Origin: Chrysomallon squamiferum
Taxonomy: Eukaryota > Animalia > Mollusca
Assembly: GCA_012295275.1 (NCBI GenBank)
Contig: CM022673.1
Location: forward strand, 7,812,001 to 7,876,000
Direction: 5' to 3'
DNA length: 64,000 nt
Both the position numbers and the translations under genes were made by a program. A model generated the notes under the pieces. That model saw only the letters and a program-made list of their open reading frames with translations, made no database searches and was not told the origin of the DNA. Below are positions 25,481 through 64,000 of the stretch, piece after piece; positions within the stretch are counted from its first letter, which is position 1; each line of letters starts with the position of its first letter.

Positions 25481-26509
25481 ACCTTTGAAACGAATATATA
25501 TTTTTGAATAATTAATTTTAGAACACCAATAAAAATTAAAAACAGTCTTTACTGACAATTAACTAGCATGCATTATAAGTGAATGTCAAATTCCGAGTGA
25601 AGGGAGTTAACTACAGCGAGTGTTATAAATTAAGTAAGTTACAGGTACATTCAGTTTTTAAAACATGTCATCTTCAATATATGAAATCATTTTTTTTTTT
25701 TTTATTTTTTTTGAAAATCAAATTTTTGAAATATACAAATTTTATATTTTAAAAAATATGTTCAGATGTTCCTGTGTGACCAAACCACTAAGAATTACAA
25801 AAAAATCAAAGAATACAGGAAGTCCTCTATTTCAACTAATACCTGTTAAAATATATTCATGGCGCGGTGGGTTTTGAAAAAAGTAACATGATAAATATAC
25901 ATTAAATCTTAAGACACTAAACCCCACAGTTAAACTAACACTTATTACCAACTGTATAAACTGTTGTATTTTATCAAAAAGATTTGCATTACAATTGGTG
26001 AATAGACTACCAACTGAAAAATAACTGAAAAAAAAACGCATATCATGTATGATAAATACTGAAATTAACTTGAGGTAAGAAAACCCTGTGTACAAACTGT
26101 ATTTTCTAAAAATTTAATTATATATTAATTTTTGCACTGATATATTTCGGAAATCTTAGGAGGAATAAAATATGATGATCAAATGAGTGTCTCTGTGTAT
26201 ATATATATATATATATGTAATAAATTTTAAAAGGACAACAGAAGAATAATGTGACCACAGCTGAATTTAGAAATGGATGCACAAGATCAAACTTAAACTA
26301 GTTTCACATATAAATAAGAAGATGAATTAGGAAAGTGAGAAAAGTATAAAACTTTGTGACAACAGCTAAAAATAATTCTTAAAATTCTGTGAAACATATA
26401 AAGTGTGCATGTTTGGAACAAGAAACCAATGAGACTGTGATCAAATGTGCACCAAATCTATCCATTATTAAAAAGAACTTAAACATACCATGATGATGAT
26501 AATAATAAC

Positions 26510-26550
<41 letters not shown>

Positions 26551-26789
26551 GTAATAATAATCACGACAGAAATACCTGACCAAACCAACCTAACAATGTG
26601 TATCAACAATGAACTGTTAAAAGATGACCATTTCAACCACAGAGAAAAGAAATACAAGTTCTTCAGAACTGTCTTGGAAAAATTCAAACTGGGAAAAGGC
26701 ACAGTGAACAATTTTAACATAAAACAAACTTTTAACATAACTGATATTAATATGCACCAACAAGAAATTTTAACTGAAATAATTTAATA

Positions 26790-26824
<35 letters not shown>

Positions 26825-27218
26825 AACAACAAATTATCCTTTTTTCTTTCATTAAAGGTGGTTAAAATTTTAATTTTTTATATATATATATGTATTTTTT
26901 TATATATTTATTTATTTATATATATATGAAATGTAGCACAGAAGAAACAGAAAACATATCTTTATTTGCTACAAATAGAAGAATTTAAAAATTTATCAGA
27001 AACAAGATATTTACGTTTATGTGTTTCAGTTACTATCTTAAACAACCCTGCCTGCTAGTGTCTTCATAACTTGCATTGTAATAACACCCTGCTTAACTCT
27101 AAGGATCCAAAAATCATAAATTCAGAACCCACTGGATCCCTACAACATACATTTAAAAAACCCTGATTTAACTTGTTAGAACCAAAAACTTATAATAATA
27201 ATAATGGTTATAGTAGCA

Positions 27219-27304
<86 letters not shown>

Positions 27305-28103
27305 ACAGCAAGAAAATATTTTTAATAAAGGAGCTAAGAATTCTCTAAAACAACAAGTTATGGAGATCTGAAACACAGTATGTCAAAATTAATACTGGTT
27401 AGAATATGAAATATATTTTAAATTTTTGTTTGTTTTAATGAAAAGCTATGTTTAACAACTTGTACACTTGTGATCACCAACTACTGTTGGACTTACAAAA
27501 TAAAATGTTTGGTGTAACCAATATTTTAAAATTAAAATAATGAATATTATTTGGTAAATAATTTTCAAAATAAAATCATTAATTCTTTAGGTTTTTTTTA
27601 TACAGTGTGAAAAAAGATTTAACAACAACTGAATAATAAAAAAAATAATAATAATAATAAATAATGATAATAATAATATTCTTTCCATGATTTCTAAGAA
27701 GAAAGTTAAGTATGTTTCAACTTACAGAAAGAACTTGTGAAGAAATGAAAACGGTGGGAATGAGAGAAATTTCAATACAAAATGTCTTAAAGGTGGGGAA
27801 ACTTTAATTTGGACATTGTGGACAAAGACACTTTTAAAAAAAAAAAAAAAAATATTAATAATAATATTAAGAAGAAATTAAACAAAAAAGACATACAAAG
27901 CTACTTTTAATTCCAACACAGAGGCAGTTTAACGTGACTAGACAACTGAATATTTTACACATGTAATATTTATATTAATGAAAACACATAATAAGACCTT
28001 AATGCTCATCTCCATGACAACCTCTCTGGCACAAGGTCTGTAATATTCTGCACATTTCAGTTAAATAAAACAACACTGCCTTCGGTCCCAGAATATGTTT
28101 AGT

Positions 28104-28147
<44 letters not shown>

Positions 28148-29139
28148 ATTATTATTATTTTTTTGTTTTGTTTCTATGTACATAAAATCTCTCATTTATC
28201 AACAAATATATTCAACTATATTTGTGCAGTTTTCACCAGATATGATCTGTTGTAAAGTTCCTTGTATCAACACAGAACATATCTCTGGCAAAAAAAGTGT
28301 ACTGGCAATTTCCAAGAAGGTCACTCCAGATACAAAACAGAAACCTCAAACTCCAACATAACAATAATATTTAACCATTATTACAAAACTAATATATATA
28401 TATATATATAATTTTTTTGTTCTTTTTTTTTTTTAAATGTGTGTTTTATTTTTCTATCTTGTTAAAATAGCGGTTTCCGTATAAAAAGATGACAAAGAGA
28501 GAGAGAGTGAGAACAGTTTTTAAAAAGTTTCATTGACAAAACACCAAATAATTTTATTACTGGATTATTATACATCTTGTGATTCCCAACACATCTCACA
28601 ACTTCTGTACACATTGGCAGACACGACAGTTTTGTGAAGTCTCTGTCAAAATAACAGTGAACACAACGATGTCAATATTAAATGCAGAACAAATACGTGT
28701 GGGAGATTATTAAAACTACAGTTATTGTTACAGTTGTATTATTATCATTATTATTATTATTGTTTTTGTTATTACTGTTAACACCATCGTGCAGGCTCTT
28801 TTGTTTTTCCACTGGTAGCCCGGATTTAGGCAAAAAGCGTTTAGACAGCGCGTGACTGTTTTTGTTTCTGTTCTGTTTGTGCCACTAACATTGAAGGGAT
28901 CGTACAAACTAGCGAGACTGGACAAATGTTGTACAAGGAAACATGTGCTTTCACAACAACACAACAACCATGCAGCTCATCTATGGAGACGGGCAGGTCA
29001 GCCTTGGGTTGGGTTGGGTGTGGTAAAGGAAAAGGGAGGGGGCTTTTGGGAAGTGTATCTGTGATTCATCTAGGTTATACAAAAATAGACTGATCCCATG
29101 TGACTGACTGACTGACCGCCTCAGTGTTTGTCTGTGTGT

Positions 29140-29140
<1 letters not shown>

Positions 29141-29195
<55 letters not shown>
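29141..29195. repeat. (GT)n microsatellite in the HDAC4 3' region
   Basis: Seen directly. Confidence 0.9.
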
Positions 29196-29200
<5 letters not shown>

Positions 29201-29349
29201 TTATGGGAAAGTCGGGTTGGCAGTGGTGTAATTTCCACCAACTGGTTATCCACCTCCAGACAAAAACTTGTAGCACAAGAATGTTGTGCACTGCTAAACC
29301 TTTCTCTGTTTTTTTTCCCCGTTCTCTCCTTGTGGAGGGATAACATGGA

Positions 29350-59326
<29,977 letters not shown>

Positions 59327-59356
59327 CTGTTAATTATGGTGATAATAATATTATTA

Positions 59357-59399
<43 letters not shown>

Positions 59400-59454
59400 C
59401 GATGTTGATAATAACAATAATAATGATAATAAAGAAAACAATAATAATAGAAGA

Positions 59455-59505
<51 letters not shown>

Positions 59506-59674
59506 CAAATTAACAACAAAAACAACAACAGTAATAATAATCAAATATCATCATCAACAATAATAATAATTAATTTTTATCATCATTACATATTATTTTT
59601 TATATTATTACAATTTTTTATATTATTATTATTATTATTCATCTTATTATCATTTATCATCTTATTATCATTTT

Positions 59675-59708
<34 letters not shown>

Positions 59709-60416
59709 AGTTGATGATGGTGGTGTTGAAGGTATGTGTTTTTCTTTTTAAGAAAAAGAATGTGACTAAAAGAACCTTTCTTATATTTGTGTATCAAGTG
59801 ATTTCACTTATTTTTTCTCATGTTAAAATACCAAAAAATATTAAAATAATATAATATAATATAATATAATATAATATAATATAATATAATATAATATAAT
59901 ATATAATGTAATGTAATGTAATGTAATATAATATTAATGAAGTTTTTTAACAAAATTTATCAGTGTTTCTTAAATCTATTGGATATAAATATATGTGATA
60001 AGTAATATTTTATATTATAAGCTACAGGATATAAAAAAAAAGGTGATAATATTTCTGTTATAACTGCTGGATAATCTTTGTTTAAAATTTTAAAAAAATA
60101 TGGTGTAAAAAAAAACATCCACCAAAAAAATAAGAACATTAAAAAAAAAAAAAAAAAAAAAAAAAACCTATTCTTTAGCAAAATAATTTTGATTCTTTAA
60201 AACATCCAGGCAGTCAAAATACAAAAACATTCCTTTCCCTCTTTTTTTTTTCTTTCCTCTCCTCTCCTTCTTTCACTCCTACTTTCTTTCTCTCTCAAAA
60301 ACAGGACACATACATAATCCACAAGCACACACAGTTCAGTAATATTAATAAAATCAGATCCCATCATACAATTAAAGAAACCCAAACGCACACATACTTA
60401 CATGTACACATACACA

Positions 60417-60457
<41 letters not shown>

Positions 60458-60693
60458 TCACAAACAAACAAAAATATTTATTACATTAACTTTTTTAAAT
60501 TTTTTAAATTTTCTTAAATTGTGTTTATTACAAAAAAAACACACTCAGTCTCTGTCTGTCTCCTCCTTTGTCACACAACATAAATCTTATCTAAACAGGT
60601 ATTGTCGAGCACTTCCTCAATCATTTCGACTAAATCCATTTTTGGCCCGCCATTTCAGGTCTTTCTACATCACTAATAATAATAATAATAAAA

Positions 60694-60724
<31 letters not shown>

Positions 60725-60964
60725 AAAACACCATTTATTAGGTCAACTATTTGCCTTCTTATTCGCTGAATATGGCTTCCCAACAGAGCGTAAAATCACG
60801 AACCCACTATTTCAATTGATAATGCGCACTTTCAGTTCGTTGAAGTATATCACACAAAAAAAAAAAAAAAAAAAAAAACGGCTATGGGCAATGCATAGTT
60901 TGTGACCTAAAAAATATTGTGGGTACTTAAATGTATAAATAACATGTGTGCGCAATATTTATAT

Positions 60965-61045
60965 AGAATGACGTCAGACACGCATGGAGTGTTTAATGAG
61001 GTCACGTGTGATATTCAAATTATGACCGCATATGCACGTGATACT
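60965..61045. promoter_or_regulatory. Intronic CRE plus two E-boxes
   Basis: TGACGTCA 60969-60976, GTCACGTG 61001-61008, CACGTG 61035-61040, in a CpG-retaining patch. Confidence 0.4.
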
Positions 61046-61394
61046 AATTCAGACATCATGTTTAAAAATGAATTTATCTTCTGCAGGTGCGTGTCTTATT
61101 AGCATAATTTTAAATTAATTCATAAACGTGAACAAACTCTGAAATAAAATACAAAATAAAATAAAATGAAAGACGTAATAAGTAATATGAAATGTAAATA
61201 GGAATAAAAATAAGAACATGAAACTGAAATAATAATTTAAAAAATATATATATATTTAAATATAAGAATTTTAAATGAAATCAAATATCAAATATAAATT
61301 ATCAATTGGTGTTATTAAGAAAAAAAATCACATGAAAAAAATGAAGTATTAAAATAAATTTTAAATATGAAAATTACATAAATAAATAAATAAA

Positions 61395-61452
<58 letters not shown>

Positions 61453-61540
61453 TAAAAGGTAATTAATATCCAGTTCTGATATAGGTATTTTTTTTACATA
61501 CCTTTTTTACTCACTTATTTATTTACTTATAATTATTATG

Positions 61541-61572
<32 letters not shown>

Positions 61573-61889
61573 GTGAATTAATAATTGTTTTGCAAATAAA
61601 GAAATATAATATTCTGCTATAATAATCAAAGAAAAATCAACATGAATATTTTTAAATCTTTCTTATCTACTTTCCCAGTGTTTTTAATTTCATTTTTTTT
61701 TTTTTTTTTTTTTTTTTTTATATTTCTGACATACTGAACTGTGACATGCAGTGTTAAAAAGAAGGTGTCAGACACAGAAACACATGGACAGATAGACAGT
61801 TTCACTTTCTAACACATTTACAAAGTTATCTCTCTTAACATTCAATAGTAAAGTCTGAAAAAAACTAAATTACTTCATAAATAAACCAA

Positions 61890-61924
<35 letters not shown>

Positions 61925-62636
61925 TATATATATATATATATATAAAACAAAACAAAACAACAAATTACAAAATAATACAATACTTGAATGGAATTTGAAT
62001 ACTCTAACTTCAGTTTGATCAAATATGATACAGAAAGTTGTAACCGTACTTACAATGTAGTCTTGCAAAGTAAGGAAACATGAATGCATTCAGCATAGTG
62101 GACAAAACCAGACTTGACTGTTATTTGGTTTCACAGATCACTTTTCCAATCACAGAATGAAATCCTTAAAAACAGCTAAGCGCAAATATCCATCATGAAT
62201 ATCTATTTTCTTTGACTCAGTTAAAAACCAATCAGTTCAAAAATAAAATAAATCTATTTGTGGTTGAGATTATCAGATTATCTCGCGAACTGATTAGCTA
62301 AGTCACCTGTACTGTTATAATCCACCGACAGTTTGTTTAGAGTATCACGTATCAAGTGATCTTCCAATCAAGTCATTTAAGTATCAAGTCTCAAAAATAT
62401 TGGAGCTTAAATTTTCTGCAACTCAAGTTAAATTTCAAGTTTTTATCAAAAACAACTGAAAAGAATCAGTTTTCACAATATTTTCAGAAACTTCAGGATT
62501 TTTTTTTTCTTTTATCTTTATATATTTGTTTTTTTTTTTCCTTTTCTTTTCAGTTATTGTAGATGGGAGATGAACACTAAAAAATCCTTCAAAAATCCTT
62601 CTTGCCAATAAAATGACGGATATCTCAGAGTCTCAC

Positions 62637-62694
62637 CATCTATATTCTTCAAAGCACGACGACACCTCTGGACATCAGATGTCAAAACACACAT
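62637..62694 (-). CDS. HDAC4: Candidate (alternative) first coding exon of HDAC4
   Basis: ATG at 62694 preceded by an in-frame TAG; MCVLTSDVQRCRRALKNID; donor G|GTGAGA in the phase required by exon 59115-59326; CpG-richer promoter-like DNA at ~62900-63170. Confidence 0.45.
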
Positions 62695-63762
62695 CTAATG
62701 AAGACTCCAGTTCAGTCCAACAAAACACTTAACTCAATAATTAAAATTCGCTGGAACCCGGGATTACAAACATATAAAGATGACATCTTAAGATGTTCTG
62801 TCACCAGTGTTCAGATACAAGTTTTCACTGCCACTCACCGAAAATGACTCAGAATTAAAATTTATATAAAAAAAAAAGAAGAAAAAAAAAGGAAGAGGTC
62901 TTAACAAGGCCAGGTCTGAGTCTAAATCTGACAGACAGTCTCTGACACGCTAGTTGTTATCCTCATACAGCAGGCTAATCCTCCATGCCGACTGCCCGCT
63001 ATAACACAGTAATAGTGTGTAATACGCCCTGCCCATAAACTTAGCAGGCATGATATGATCACTCACTCGGAACCATTTAGCTCATCTTATGACCAATAAA
63101 GTCAATGAAGCTTAGCGAGCGACCTGACCCGACCTTTTGTGTTGGGGATACAAAACAAAGCGAGAGAAATGTCTTTGTTACATGGATTAAGTGTTGTTTA
63201 CATTCAATCTGTAAAGGACCTATTTATACACACAGCTCAAGTCCTTTATGATGGTAACTGATAACTTACTGTGCATGGGGAACAATAACTTTCTACAATA
63301 AACTTTCTCAAAGCCAATATTACTTGTATTAGGACTCTTTTTGATCACTGTTTGCAACCATTTGTAAGGTTATAACCATAGATATAAAAAAAAAAAAGGA
63401 GGGGGAGGGAAAACAAATTTAATATGTAAGAATGTTTCATATAAATTTATTCTTTATTTCTTGTATCAGGTTTTAACTCTTCAAATCAGCATTTTCAATT
63501 CCAGTCATAGATACATTCATAATTGTTATTCTTATTCAAATGTAAAATTGTCTGTTGTGTAAATAAAAGTACATGTCGATATGTCAGCCAAATCTGCTAT
63601 TCCAGATAAGCTACGTATGTTTAATCATACAAAGTGCAATAGGAGATTGAAACAGACAGACAGACAGGTGGAAAAAATAGAACACAAGGAAGAAAGTCAG
63701 ACAAATAATAAAACAAATAAAGACAGAAAAATAACACACACCCACACGCACACATATACACT

Positions 63763-63765
<3 letters not shown>

Positions 63766-63859
<94 letters not shown>
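63766..63859. repeat. (CA)n microsatellite
   Basis: Seen directly. Confidence 0.92.
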
Positions 63860-63860
<1 letters not shown>

Positions 63861-64000
63861 ATACACAGATAACAGTAATTCAATGAACCAATACCAAGCA
63901 TATCAGTCAATGAGAACATGCTTAAACCATAAAGAGATGGAAGTCGAATCAAACCACAAAACTGTGATGCAAGCAGATTAAGTTCCCTAATTAGTAAGGG

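Noticed and set aside
22000-29349. Individual miRNA seed matches (miR-124-like and miR-8/200-like) in the putative 3' UTR
   Set aside because: 7-mers are expected by chance over 7 kb; not supportable without conservation data

Overview
AT-rich, microsatellite-dense animal genomic DNA. An invertebrate, probably a lophotrochozoan such as a mollusc, is inferred from composition and protein style, not proven. Three intron-rich genes could be spliced by hand. (1) A ceramide kinase-like gene (CERKL-type) lies on the minus strand, ATG at 6553, running off the left edge; its GGDG-motif exon is frameshifted as assembled. (2) A complete 20-exon RacGAP1/MgcRacGAP/CYK-4 gene lies on the plus strand (8243-17424, 654 aa), head-to-head with CERKL and with a CCAAT/CHR-type cell-cycle promoter. 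(3) A class IIa histone deacetylase (HDAC4-type) lies on the minus strand (22 clear exons 29350-59326, plus a candidate first coding exon at 62637-62694) and keeps the catalytic Tyr (LEGGY). Between RacGAP1 and the HDAC4 3' region is what looks like a decayed multi-exon gene. The best leads are a PSAP (TSG101-type) motif and a stop-containing cassette exon in RacGAP1, a frame break or tandem donor in HDAC4 that could give a deacetylase-less isoform, and linkage of three genes whose human homologues sit in the HOX paralogon. Most supplied ORFs are microsatellite artefacts. No tRNA, rRNA or CRISPR array was seen.
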